Source: Azolla caroliniana (lineage: Eukaryota; Plantae; Polypodiophyta). Taken from it: a stretch of 64,000 nt of DNA. The translations under genes and the position numbers were made by a program. The notes under the pieces are model-generated. The model had not been told where the DNA came from and searched no databases. It saw nothing but the letters and a program-made list of their open reading frames with translations. Position 1 is the first letter of the stretch; each line of letters starts with the position of its first letter. Where the stretch lies: positions 7,688,001 to 7,752,000 of the forward strand of contig JBHGNT010000015.1 in assembly GCA_043228905.1 (NCBI GenBank), in the 5' to 3' direction. Shown piece by piece: positions 1 to 14,000 of this stretch.

Positions 1-712
1 TCCTTCGCATCTTGTGTTGTCTTGGATATTCTATTCTAAGTTAAGTAGTGACAAGAAAACTACCGTTCATATATGTTTTTATTAAATAAATAGTAGTTTA
101 ATAAGTCACAGAAATGAAAACCCTTGTTCATCGTGCCTACTTCATAGCATGATCTGGCTTCATAACTTGAAAGTTCCAAATTAATCAACATGCAACATGC
201 TTTTGAAACTAGAACGTGTACATAGGAATGCAATTTGAACAAAATGATATTTTTCTTGAACACTGGCCCCTATGATAAGAGAAAGTCAATTTCCATACTC
301 CATACCATCATCATAATTTAATATCAATACCCAATATTATGTTTTTTTTTTATTAACTGCATTGGGCAGAGCAAAGAATTTAAATAGAAGTTGTCGTTCA
401 CAATGCAATGCCTTGCAATGAAATGAGGATACGAGTGGTGGATGATAAAAGAAATGTTTGATAGACCAGTTTTCATCATTCAAGTCTAGGGAAAACCAAA
501 ATGAAAGCCCTCTCAGTAAATGAAGGAACTTCGTGCAATGATGGTGGTCAACCATAATTGCGACAAAATATCTGAGCAGTGAACATCTTTAACATGACAG
601 TGATTTGTCATTGTGTACATCAGTGACATGATACACCAACCAATATTGTGGGAAGATGCATAAAAAATTATCAATGCCTCTCTTTTGATCCAGCTTTGGG
701 CTGTGGTGTCCA

Positions 713-3700
713 TTATTTCCACAAAGTTGTGCCACCCCCGAGTGGAACTTTTGGAGAGAACATAGATGAAGTCCATATATTCGGACACAAGTTAAGCTGT
801 AGACTCTGCCAACATTAGGAGCATCTTATGAGTCCCATTATTTTATCAGCTAGATATAATTACATATACAAAACATTCAAGAAAAGTTTGAATATATACC
901 GGAATGCTAATGAGAGCTCCCTCAGCTGACACAAGAACGGGTAAACTTCTTCTTACTATAAGGGGAATGCTCTTCAGCCTGTGTAGAGCCTGTGCTTTTG
1001 AGGCTAATGACCTAATAGAGCAACACGGTAGAACAGGTGCAGAAGAAACATAGCTTTGATTCCTGTAAGCACCTTGTGACAAATTAAATCCCTCCTTTGC
1101 ATGCCGATAGAAGAAAGCCCAATCCTTCTCTTCCATGAACCGAACCCATAAAGTGTCCACCTTTTGAAACAAACAACATTTGATCTCATCCGAATTTACC
1201 TTGTTATGGTTTTTATTTTTACCCCATGCTATCAGAAACCGGTTCGTGAAATAACAAGCATGCCCACAAGGTATCTTTAGTTGAGAACTTAGATCTACAT
1301 CCTTTCTTCTACAATTACCACCAAAACCAACCCTTTGTGTTTCCTGTTCCAATGGCTTCATCGACAAATCATCCACTATTTTTGAGAGAGCCATAATGCA
1401 TTTGTCTGAAAGTATGCCTTCCTGCTTAGCCTTAATTAAGAAATCTTCTGTGTCCTTGGCATTTCTAAGCTTATCAACAAGATCAGCTTCCATTTCATTA
1501 GACCCATCGATAGTTTCCACCTCAAACTTGACATCACCTTTCTCACACTTTTGATTCATCTCTGTAAAGCCTCCATGTCCACTGTTCACCTGATGATACG
1601 GCCAAATTGAGTTGATAGGTTCTGCACTCAATGGTGCCTTCGAATCATGTGAATGAGAGATTAAGAGCCGAGAACCTTTTGATCCTGGCACCATGCATAT
1701 GTTGCAGCCAGCAATAGTTAATGCTCCCTGAAATTATCAAAATACAAATGATATACCACATGAAACTAAATCATATTTCTTATCCTTGAAAATAGAATGA
1801 GTAAACAAATATGTAAATCATTAAAAGACATAAAAGCAAATTCTCTGGTTTCATGAGAAGCATGTGGAAACATTCATTCAATGAGACCTCAACTTGTTAG
1901 CTTCTAATCTGAACAAGAGTAAATCTTTTCATGAGCTCCAACCTATTTCGTTACATCTAAATTTCACAATAGTATGCTAGAAATATCCGCTTCATAGTCT
2001 GCATTACATTAATATAAGTAGAAACACCCAAAACATTCATCAATGTGTCATGACTTAAACCTGAATATCCAGTGGTGTTTCTGGTATTGGGCATCAAAAA
2101 CTCTTGTAATTGACATTTGGCTTTGTCCTGTACATGTATTCGTGCAACAGAAAAGAAGTATTTTAACTAAGGATTTTAACTAAGTCTTTTAAGCCATTAT
2201 CAAATATTGTTTTCCTGATCTACATTAGGAAATGTATTAGAGATCAACTGACAGTTAACTCAGTGGACAGATGACTCAGGTTTTCACAACCCAGGGGAAC
2301 CACAGCTATGGTGGAATGTCAGAAATGGAAATGCATCAGTATTTAATATACGAACTGTAAGAAGAAGAATTCCTCCAATAACTTCTTTTAAAGCTGTCTA
2401 AGACATCTTTCAATGCATAGCTTAATCTGCAATTTTGCTCTGTGATTAAATGCGGTATAACAGCTAAGCACTGCATGAATGCATACTCATGGGCTTCCTT
2501 CACTTTCTAATGAAGAACAAAGATGAAATTTTGAATAGTTGGGAGCTTTTTTACCAATGCAATCTACACCATCCAATGGATAAGTACTACTTCCTTTTGT
2601 TATTTGACGAAATATACTGTCAGTGGTTATCTTCCTTTCCATGACCCTCTTACAAAGAGACAATTCATTATCAAACCAGAAAGGTACCTTCAAATCGCCA
2701 TGTTCAATCTGCTCAGTAAGTCTTAGCACAACCTTACCTCGAGGAGGTTTCTCTCTTTGTGCAACAAACTGAGAAAGAAAACTAAGATTTTAGAATATAA
2801 ATTTGAAATAGAATTTTAGTGGAGCAGTAAAAGTTTAGATAGAGAAAAGTAAGTCACCTGCATTAATGCAACAACAGCTCTAGAAAACACTTGTGTTGTT
2901 ACTTCACTAAGATTCAACTTTTCCAAATTCATAACAGCATATCCAAGGTCCTAAATATGAAGGATCTCACGAATCAGCTTATACCATATTCATGCATCAC
3001 TCTGAAAAACAGCACACAATGTGCTTACATACTTCATCTATAGAGACTGTGTCTTTCAAAAAAGTGTCTCTATCTCTGTCAGAGAGACTACGCATTTCTC
3101 GCAAGAGCTTAATCACATGTGCCAATTCCTTTTTCAGGAAACCTGATATATCATCAATGGAATTAATCAAAATTTTGAAATATAGAAGAATGAATCAATG
3201 GCTGAACCCAATTTGCCCTGAGAACAAGATGACCACATTTACACATTCAGAATGCAATCTCTACTTATTTCAATATTTTAAACAAGTAGAGTCAGGCCAC
3301 ATTTTATAGCATACAGGTTTCCTTAAGGAACTAAATGGAAGGAAGATTAACTGACAAATATACTCACTAAATTCTGGTTCATTCAGAGTTTCCCGTATCA
3401 TATTTCGCAAGAAGACAAGATTTTTATTGGATGGGTCTTCAATCCATGGTTGCATGTGTTTTGTACAAACCTGAATTTTAATCAGACCATGAGCACATGG
3501 AGCAAGAAACACAATTATTCCTAGTTAAGATTCCTATTGTTAACTTTCCAGCATCAACCAGTGCTTTATATAATGCTGTCAGAAATCCCAAAATAAAAAA
3601 TTGTGTGTACTACTGTGCACACATTCGTACACAAAATAGAGCCTTCAAAAGCAGAAAAGACAAACCTGGTCCATGTTTTCTTTTGGAAACTTTAAATTTT

Positions 3701-6700
3701 CCCTGTGAAATCTCCCTAAAAAAACACCATACCTGTTGAAGGTCACTTTTCCTGAAATGTAACAGTGGCCGCACCAGTCGCGTTCTAACAACAACATCCT
3801 TCCCATTGAACAATTCAGGCATACAGCGCAAGATATCTGACGCTAATGGAATGCCAGCTAGCCCAGCCAAACCACTATGCCGTGATAATCTAATGACAAA
3901 GAGTTCAGCCTGCATCAAGCATTATGTATTGAATTAGCTCATAAAACCTAAATGACATGTTTATAATGTTTGAATTAGCTCATAAAACCTAATTGTCACA
4001 GTTGGTGAAACAATTTACCAGTGAGATGCCCATGAACAAGTTTTGGAAATCTGTGTTCTCAACTTTGTATACTTTACAGTAGATTTGATTTTTATTGCAT
4101 TAGATAATGAAAAGGTACAATTTACACTGTGTGGATAGCTCATAATAGAATCATGTTTCACTATGCGTCCTTCGACACAAATTCTTTCATGACAATCTTA
4201 ATCCATCTTTATGACACAGATTGTAACATGAAAAGCTCTAATTCACTTATAATTATTAGGTAGATCTTTATCCACTATCCTTCATTTGGTGGATGTCGAT
4301 TACTTGCATCAGATTTGAGAGACTTTTCTTTCTGACTCCAAAGTGTGTCTTGCTACTTACTAGTGAGCAAGAGAGTATGAATCTTTTCCTGGGTCTGTAT
4401 TTGTCTACAATTTCAGGCGCATTAAGCATTTAAGATCACAGTCCCCCAAGAAAGGAATGTCTTACCGAGGAAGGAAAAAAGCACATGTACATATAAGGCG
4501 GGCACACTCTTAATAAATAAATTTAAGGGATGTAATTCAGACATGCACCAAAACTTTCCTTTTTTAAAATCAATATATAAACCTTATGAATGGTCACTGC
4601 ATGAAAATCTTAAATCATTGCAAATGCTTGTATTTCATACAGAGCCTTCCAAACTGTCTTGCTACTTACTAGTGAGCATGAGAGCATGAGTCTCTTCATG
4701 GGTCTGTACTTGTCTACCATTTCAGGAGCATTAAGCATTTAAGATCACAGGTCCCCAAAATAGGAATGTCTTCCCCAGGAAGGAAAAAAGCACACGTACA
4801 TATAAGGTAGACACACTCTCAATAAATGAACTTAAGGGATGTAATTAATACATGCACCAAAAGCTTTCCTTTTTTCAAATTAATATATAAACCATATGAA
4901 TGGTTACCGGATGAAAATCTTAAATCATTGCAAATGCTTGTATTTCATACAGAGCCTTCTATCGTTTTGTCTTCATGCTTTTGACATAACATTATAAACC
5001 ATATGAATGGTCACCAGATGAAAATCTTAAATCATTGCAAATGCTTGTATTTTATACAGAGCCTTCTATAGTTTATGCTTGTATTTCATACAGAGCCTTC
5101 TATAGTTTTGTTTTCATGCTTTTGACATAACATTTATTACGAAACACGTTAGATAAATATCATGGTAAATACAAGCTCACACAAAATCTCTTAGGTGACA
5201 CATTCTGCAAATGTCCCTAAGTAGCGTACATGCATAACTTGCAACTAGTATAGAATGTATCATGAATAGGAGGATATACTCAAAAAGTTAGAAAAAAAAA
5301 GGCAAACATATATATCCAGATAGGAAAGATGGTCAATCAATGATCTGAGTGGCATCCAACATAGTTTTCCACTAATTTGGAAATTTCAGAAGAGCGAGTA
5401 CTAGTTTTTTAAATATTTTAGTGTATTACCTTATATTTGATTCTTAAATCCAATAGAGAAATATCTGATTTTAATGTTGATCCATTATCTGTAGGTGGCA
5501 ATGAGAGTTGATAGTTCGGAACACTCTATTTTTGATAAACACGAATCAAAGAGACCTCTATATTTTTGATACATTCAATGGGGAACCCTCACGGGTAAAG
5601 CCATGCCCATTCTCCAATGGGTATATGCCACGTGATGATAGCAAAATTCCAGTTATATATAGAGTTTTCTTTATCAATTGAGGCACTCAACACTTGTTGG
5701 GATTAAAGGCCCTTGGGTTTATCCAATTAAACAAGAAAAACGTTTGTATATAATTTAATATTTTCTGATTTTTGTTAGTTGTACAGTCTCATTTTCAGAA
5801 CTGTACTACACCGTCTAAAATAATATTTGTACACTGAATGGGATCCTTGGACAAGATTCCCACTCAGCATTTAATAGGTATTTATTACGTCATGACTAAG
5901 CTGTCCCATCAGCATTTAAAGCTCTTCTTCTAAGACCATATTCTATGTATCTTGAATAGCATATATATGTGCGTGTGGGTGTGTAATCCTACCTCGTACA
6001 TTTTTTTCAGAGGTGGGCTTTTATTTTGCAGAACTACTTCTGCTTTCTTTAATCTCTCCTATGTGTTAAACCCCATGATTGTATTTAGTTTCTATATCTC
6101 TGCCTTTAGATACTTCCGAAAATTGTCATTCTATCTTCTACCTCTTTACAACACTCATGGTGATACACCACAAGACCTTAGGATTGGTGCTGTGTTGTCC
6201 TAACGCACCTTCTGTCTTCGAAAGCCTTGCTCTTTGAGTAGGCACATCAACATTAGGTGGTGTGAGTTGTGGCATGCCTCTGTATTGGAGTGGCCAGGTG
6301 GTAGAGTGTATGGAGCCATTGTATTTATTGTCAGCAAGAATTGGGAGTTTGCTATGCACCTATACAGAGTGTGTGATATGTATGATAGATATATCATATA
6401 CTGTTCTATATGCCTACTTATTTTACAAAATCTCAACACTAAAATGAAATCTCAAAATGTCTTCGTGACACTGACCAGTTCCGACGGACCTGATCATCTG
6501 CATGATGTGCAGTAAGAAGAACATCCACATTATTCCTCTTGCATGCCATCTGGAGTTGTTCATACCTGAAACGTGTGGGAGCCATGAGTAGTAAGTTTCA
6601 ATTTATTCTTTTTACAAAGATGTTATCAGTGATTTTACTTCTCATAGATATAAATTACCTGGCATTTCGAGCAGCTTCTTGCAGATGACCTTTAGATGGC

Positions 6701-8100
6701 ATGCCATAATGCCAAATACATTTAAGAACTTCACTCTTAATCCCTTCAACAAAAACCACGTTATTTCTGTGAGGACACAATGTTTGTGCGATCCATTTTA
6801 AAGCCAAGAGTCCTTTAACCTAGAGGGTGACATGGATCACATGTGAAATATAGTTTATGGCTTCACAATTATCATGACTGCAAATCTCGACAATCAAACC
6901 ATATTCTATGAACTACACCACAGCTACGGATAAAAGGTCTCCCAAAGGGTCTCTAATATACAGCTAAGATCTTTAGTAATCTGGAGAACGAATAAATGGG
7001 ATGTAAAATCCAGTTTCTGCCTTCTAGTTTGTATGATTATAATCAAACAACGAAGTAAAGACACCATTAACTGGCATACGAGGTTGTTCAAAGGGTATAT
7101 ATGATACAACAAAATACTTTCGTATCGTGGGTATCTAGCTACATGGAAATGTATTAAAAATATTCTTCAGAATTACCACTCAATGCCCTTGAATATATTG
7201 TACATCATGGATTTAATCATATCCAGATTCATCCTATATTTCAAGCCATTTGTATTTCTTACGAACTCAATGACTTTGAATACAATACCATCGCTTAGCC
7301 ATAATACACATTAGGATTATTAGTATATTAAACTAGCATTTTTCGAAGAGTAAGGTCATCATCTCTTAATGTCTAATATAAATAGCAAACTTGTTATTAC
7401 AAGGATATGTGCAGAGTTGTAGAATAGATTGTATTTGCACAATGAACTTAACCATATCAAGATTTATCAGATTTCGTGGCAGGCTCCTTGAGATTATTAT
7501 ACTTAAAAACAGACCTAAGCCATGCAAGGATTGAATATAGACTTTCAAGCCAGCCTCATTTAACAGCATATTAGACCACAACGTCTGAATCACACATAAA
7601 GAGATCCAAATAACACTAGAGAACAACTTATTACAAGCATATTCTAAGGAAATGAAAAAAGTGCAAGAGTTCTGACCTAGTTTTGAGACCCTGTCATGAG
7701 CAATGAGAGCTTCTGACGAGCTCTCCGGCCGTAAACCATGATCTACAATGAAGGCCATCAAATCTCCACCTTCATCTACAATCCAGCGGCTGGCGAGAAT
7801 ACAAAGAGCTGTACTGTCAGGACCTCCAGAGACAGCAATGCCTGCAAACACAAAACAGAGAAGTGAGATCGTTGAAGAAGGAGAAATAGAGAAAGAAACA
7901 TAATTTTCTGTTTTTAGTAGAGATTGATTAGGGTTTAGGGTTATGGTTGGATTTTCACCAATGCGAGCTCTAGGATTGACCCCTGCTTTTTTCATTTTGA
8001 TGGCAAAGAGAGCATCAAATCGATCCATGTCCTCGCCCTCCTTAATCACTGTTCCGTAATTACTGACGGTCGGACGATTTTTCTTATGTAATGACATCAT
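713..8100 (-). CDS. RSY3: tRNA(Ile)-lysidine synthase (TilS/MesJ PP-loop family; plant RASPBERRY3-like), 11 exons, ~650 aa
   Basis: Exons (GT-AG, phases consistent): 8100-7959, 7841-7677, 6743-6659, 6565-6490, 3909-3733, 3470-3368, 3142-3033, 2950-2858, 2768-2688, 1727-900, 805-713; total 1953 nt. Motifs: GIAVSGGPDS (PP-loop), IVDHGLR, EAARNARY, LTAHHADDQAE, GLAGLAG, LVRPLL, WIEDPSN, RNMIR, C-terminal PKVPLGGG. The start codon (ATG at 8100) is the least certain part. Confidence 0.93.
4346..5130. repeat. Intronic tandem duplication (~308-bp unit x2 plus partial copies)
   Basis: TGTCTTGCTACTTACTAGTGAGC...GCTTGTATTTCATACAGAGCCTTC recurs at ~4346 and ~4654; partial copies at ~4993 and ~5075. Confidence 0.85.
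7928..7942 (-). promoter_or_regulatory. Telo-box (AACCCTAAACCCTAA) in intron 1 of the TilS gene
   Basis: Two adjacent plant telomere-type motifs; telo-boxes are known in 5' regions of plant translation-related genes. Confidence 0.45.
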
Positions 8101-9032
8101 CAAACGCCTGAGCTCTAGAGTCTAGAATATAGCATGTGTATATGTATATATATAAAGAAAATCGTATCATTTGCAGAAGAAGGTGTTCAGAAATTTGTAC
8201 AAAACATTAGAATTAGCGACGAGTTAAGAAATGGATGGCAATGTAGAAAAGAGAAATGAAGAGCTCTCTAACACTGTCTGTGCTGAAGTTTTTTCAATGG
8301 CTACTGAATGAACTCCATAAATATACGAAGGAGATTACACCCCACTACATACTTTTTCTTTCTTACTCAAATCAACAGCTAGGCTGCAAAATCCCTTGGC
8401 TCGTTACAACAAGATACATATGTACATACATCTGAGTTTTAGAAAACTGCAGAAAATGGTTGGAAAATCCATGTGTCTGAGTCTCCCCCTTCCAACATGC
8501 ATTTTCATACATATTCCTAAAGGAGGAGGATACATACAATTACAATCATCACCTTCCAATGTTTGATTGCTTTGCTTTGGTACATTGTAGCTCACCACAT
8601 TTTACCTGAATTGATTAGAATATCAAATATCAAATAACTTTGAGCCATATACTCAAACCCGGTGGTTCTTTCTGCCCAAAAAGAATTGGAGTCCATGCAT
8701 TATCCAAGACCTACTACAACTTGTCAACAAAATGACAATTTGCAAGTCGGGGTTAGATCGAGCGAGGCGCATTTGCAGAGAGGTTTATGTATTGAATCAA
8801 GGTATGATCAGTTCCAACTAGCCGTGGAAAGTAAAGACATCATGAAGTTGCATACATTAATTGGTCTAGTGCAGATGTGTACCTTGCGGCTGGCACAGTA
8901 GCACTACCTCCATAACACACATGGTGAATGCAAGTTGCCATTCAAACAATCAAATATTCTCGAGCTAGGGCACTTGTGCAGGGCATATAGATGCACACCT
9001 TCGATAGAAAACGTAGATGCCATCAACGAGAT

Positions 9033-9033
9033 T

Positions 9034-9066
<33 letters not shown>

Positions 9067-9068
9067 CA
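9033..9068. repeat. (TATACA)n microsatellite
   Basis: Direct reading. Confidence 0.85.
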
Positions 9069-9564
9069 AACACTAATATCTATTGATTTATTCATCAAAC
9101 ATAGATTGGCATATTGCATTCGTGGGGCCTCCCCCATGAATTCATATAAATACAAATACGAATGCATGAAAAAGTATTCGTTAACAAAAAAAGATCATAA
9201 ACTCCTTCATTTTTTCAATCTCCTAGATATAAAAAAGGGGACTTTGACACTAATAATATTTTTAATAAATAATAAATAATAAAGGTTCATTAATTTCCCC
9301 CTTTTTACTCTCCCAAAATTTATGGATATTTTTATTTGACACTAATCATATTTCTATAATAAATGTAAACATATTCGGGTTTTTTTAATTCAAAATTCAA
9401 AATTAAATCAATAAAATAAAATAAAGGTTCATAAACTCGCCCCTCTTTTATTTTACACTAATTATATTTTTATAATCTATTAATGAGTGATTGTTCTTTT
9501 TTTGGTGAATTAATTAATTTTTAATATGTAAATTTATTTTGCAAAACAAATGGTTTTATAATAT

Positions 9565-10580
9565 TGTGGTGTGCATGTGTTCCTTTGTGCCACCCTTTTA
9601 GCACACCCTTTTCAGTAGGCATGTAGCTAAGCCAACCCAAATGGGTACCTAAGGAGGCTGGCTTTGATCTCTTATATGCATTTCACATATTGGTGGAGAT
9701 ACAGGGTACATGTCACCCACGTCCAAGCATCCACCTCTTCCCCCTCACCTTAGGTTGCCCACTAACTTCTTATCCCACAAGTTTCCCCCATCCCCCTCCT
9801 ACACGATAGCCCTCTTGTCCCCCACCTCAGCCAAATCTAGGTGGCCCTCACTCCACAGGAGGGGTTGATCTTTCTCCGCCAATTGATCTTTCCTCGATCC
9901 TCCTCCGACACGATAGCCCTCCTATCCCCCACCTCAGCCAAGTCCAGGTGCCCATCAGTCCACATGGGCGATTGATCTCAATCCGCCTATAGCCCTCCTG
10001 TCCCACACCTCAGCCAAGTCCAGGTGGCCCTAGATCCACAAGAGGGATTGATCTCTATCTGCCAATTGCTAGCTCGTTTTCCATCACTAGCCCCGTCCAA
10101 CTATTATCTAATCAGGGGTGCCAATTCCACGAGGATGCGCTCAACGTTGTTGTAGCTCAACTAGGTGTCCAATGGGTGTTTACATCCCCATACCATCCTC
10201 AAACCAATGGCCTCACCGAATGCCTCAACAAGACCCTCAAGCAAGAGGTTGTCGCACGAATCAGCTCTTTTCGAGCACTATATGGGTGTGACCCTCGCCT
10301 CCCACAATAATCGTCCATTGACGTCCTTCCAAACATGGCACCCTAGGCCCATCTTGTGACCCTCGTCCTTTCCCCATGTTGTAAACCACCTTGTTTCTCT
10401 CAGGGGGAAAATGTGGTGTGCATGTGTTCCTTTGTGCCACCTTTTTAGCACACACTTTTAGTAGGCATGTAACTAAGTCATCCCACACTTTTAGCACACC
10501 TGTTTTAGCATGCATGTAGCTAAGTCAACCCAAATGGGTACTTAAGGAGGATGGTTTTGATCTCTTATGTGCATTTCACA
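9565..10580 (+). mobile_element. Mini (internally deleted) Ty3/Gypsy LTR element, ~1.0 kb
   Basis: LTRs 9565-9687 and 10412-10580 (TGTGG...TTCACA); PBS TGGTGGAGAT at 9691 (tRNA-Ala type); PPT AGGGGGAAAA 10402-10411; integrase remnant LLSNQGCQF...SPYHPQTNGLTECLNKTLK at ~10092-10250; TSD ATAT. Confidence 0.85.
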
Positions 10581-11046
10581 ATATTCTTGGGGTCATTTCT
10601 TATTCTCAAATATCACGAATATCACGCACGTGTCAATCTATGGCATCAAAAAAACTTATATGCATAAACACATACACACATACTCAAGCACATGTAACAC
10701 AAAAATACACGTAATTACACATTATCACATAAACATGCATGCATGTGCTACTCAAGCAGGACAACCGGGAACCTAGATTAGAAGGATGTGATGTTGTGTG
10801 GGAAGACTTAGAACCCTTTCATTGGTAGCCCTAGTGTAATCCCCCGTTTCTTTCAAGAACTATCCTCTTTCAAGGAAGACAATTTGTGGTTTGAGGAATC
10901 ATGATTCGTGGAAACCTTGGTTTCAAGAAACATGATTCAAGGAACTATGACACGAGGAAATCTTATTTGAGGAATCATGGCTCAAGGAACCTGTGACCGG
11001 AGGAAACCTTGGTTTCACAAATTTGTAAAGAATCAGATATGATTCT

Positions 11047-14000
11047 TGTTGAGCGGCAAGCTCAACCGGAGCCGGATCGGCTGAATAAGCCGGAGCCGGT
11101 AAGCAAGACGGATCGGGTGAAACGGATCGGTATGACGGTGAGCAACCGAACCGGCAAGCAGTGGAGGCCGGGTGCAATCCGTAACCGGCAATCCAATTGG
11201 AATCCTAGAATAGGATAGTCTACTAGGTACCTATAGTCTCGTAGTAAGTGTCAGATGCTCGTGTGAGCATTGAAGTACATGGTACTTCTGTCAGTCCCAA
11301 GAGGACTTGTATAAATAGTGCTACTTAGCACAGTGTGTAATGACAGAGTCTTGATATAATTTTTGAAATTGTGTTCTGCTCTCTCTGTCTCTCTCGCTCT
11401 CTCTTGCTCTGTGTGTGTGTGTTGTTCTCTGTTTTACGCTTCCGCAATCACTTACGTTTACATGGTATCAGAGCGCGAGGGTTGAGAACCTCTGCTGTAG
11501 ACATTTACTCTTGAGAAGAAAACCCTAACATGTCGAAAACAGACACAGTAGAAGACATGGATAGAGGCATGGCTACGTCGCTCCAAGTGGAGAAGCTCGA
11601 CAGGAGCAACTACGCATCCTGGTCTTACAAGATGCACCAGTACCTGCTTGGACACGGGTACTGGAGTTATGTCGAAGGAGCGAATGATGCGGCGCCAGAC
11701 TTGGCACACAAGGACTTCCCGGTATGGGAACAGGCGGCAAGCAGGGTGATGTACTGCTTCGCGTCCAGTGTCGGCGATCAGCTGCTTAGCCACATCCGTG
11801 ACGCCAAGACACCGAAGGATGCTTGGGGGAACCTGAAAAAGGTTTTCGCCGCAAGCACCACTGCCCAGAAGCTGCAACTCAGACATGAGTTGAGCAATGT
11901 TCGACAGAAGAACATGTCTGTGGCAGACTACACGGGCCGGATAAAGGAGATTTGCGACTCGCTCGCCTCTATCAATGTTACCGTAGAGGAAGACGAGATG
12001 GTGCAGGTATGTCTCGGAGGCCTGGCGTCCAAGTTCGGAGCGTTCCGGACTGCGGTGTGTACAAGGGAGACTACCCCCTCATTCTTCGACTTACAGTCGA
12101 TGCTCCTTATAGAGGAGAACCACGCCGGTGCATCTACCAGTGCATCCCCGGACAGCCGAATGCTGTACACGGGAACAGATCGGTTCTGTGGGCGTGGTGG
12201 AAGAGGTGGGTCGACACGCAATGGAGGCGGCCGGCAAGAGCAGGAACGGAGGCACTATGAGCGTGCCGACAGCAGTTCCGGGACTTCCACAAGCAGGGGG
12301 AGTCAAGGCGGTGCCGGAGGCCGGCAAGACAAATCTGCTACGGAATGCTGGTACTGTGGCAAAAAAGGCCACAGAGAAAGCGAGTGCTGGAGAAAGTGTG
12401 CCGATTCGGACGAATCCGGATCCGGCAAGACCGGTAAGGATGGCCGGCAAAACTCGCACTACGCAAACGGATCAGGAGGATCCGGAACCGGAAAGGCCGG
12501 TAAGGGGCCAGCCTTGGTGATGAATCACAAGGCAAACTCAATGAAGAAGACCACTTCCAAAACGGAGGAAGTGTGGTATGTTGATTCCGGCGCATCGAAC
12601 CACATGACAAGCCACAAAGAGTGGTTCTCCTTTCTGGAGAAACCGGATCAACCAGGAGTAGTCAAAACCGGAGACGACACTCCTCACCCAATTGTGCACG
12701 TCGGAGAAGTCCCTCTAAGCCACGTCGGACAGAAAGGGAAGTTGATTGTCGACCAGGGGATGCAGGTGCGGTTTACGCACCTCGGGTGCTTCATTGAGGA
12801 TGAGGGCGAAGTCATTGCGCAAGGGCGCAGAGACGGGAGGATATTTATCCTCGACACCAATGACTTTGGCACCGCTCTGTTCGCGAAACGACAGAAGGTC
12901 GAGTCGGACATCGACCTGTGGCACAAGCGGATAGGCCACGTCAACTACCGGAGGCTTCAAGATCTGCAAACGAAACAAGTCGTTTTCGGTTTGCCGAAGT
13001 TCAGCGGCCGGAGAGCCGAAATTTGTGAAGCCTGCCAACTTGGGAAGCAACACCGGCTTCCATTGCCCACCGAACGGAACCGGAGCCGTAACAAGCTCGA
13101 TCTCATCCATTCGGATGTGTGGGGACCGACACAAAGTGTAAGCCTTGGCGGGAGCCGATACTTCGTCTCCTTCATCGACGACTATACTCGGCATACTTGG
13201 ATCTACCTCATTGAACGGAAGAGCGAAGTCTTCGACTGTTTCCGGAGCCTCCAGAAGATGGTGGAACGGGAATCGGAGAGGAAGATCAAATGCCTTCGGT
13301 CGGATGGCGGAAAGGAATATTTTTCCGGCCAATTCACTAGTTATCTGCAGCAGAAGGGAATTCGGCGAGAGTTCAGCTGCAGATACACACCGGAGCAAAA
13401 CGGTGTGGCCGAAAGGAAGAACCGGACACTCGTCGAAGTAGCAAGGGCAATGCTGGAGGAGAAGAGCATGCCCCGGTTCTACTGGGCGGAGGCGGTGCAG
13501 ACGGCCGTCTACATACAAAACCGCATTAGTGACAAGGTGTCAGCTCATGAGCTGTATTTTGGGCGCAAGCCGAACTTAAGACACCTTCGGATATTCGGCA
13601 GCCTAGCGTATGTGCATGTGCCGGATCAGAAGCGGAGGAAGCTGGATGCAAAATCGGAAAAATGCATCCTAGTCGGCTATGCTCAAGAGCAAGAGGGGTA
13701 TAAGTGCTATAACCCCCAGACGAAGGAAGTCCGAGTTAGCCGGGATGTCGAGTTTGATGAATCGGCATCCTAGTACTCCGTACCGACTACGACTTCCGAT
13801 CCCGACCGAATGCCGGAAGATCAGGCCAGTGAGCCTGAATCAGCCTTGGAAGAGGATGATGAAGCCGGGACTCAAGATGAGAGTCCGGAATTGTTGCGGT
13901 TGAGTGGACCGAACAAGCGACTGTGTCAGTTGGACCAGTCGGATGAAGAGACGGCAAGTGGTGGAGACTCTGCCATGCTCTCCCCGCGCAAGGAACCAAG

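Noticed and set aside
7366-7676. Hydrophobic C-terminal half of the 245-aa ORF (similarly most of ORF 2487-2729 and the tail of 3610-3918) as coding
   Set aside because: Read-through into introns past clear GT donor sites
713-8100. Recent bacterial HGT or contamination (tilS is a bacterial-type gene)
   Set aside because: Ten spliceosomal introns and a plant-type C-terminal extension fit the known nuclear-encoded organellar RSY3 family
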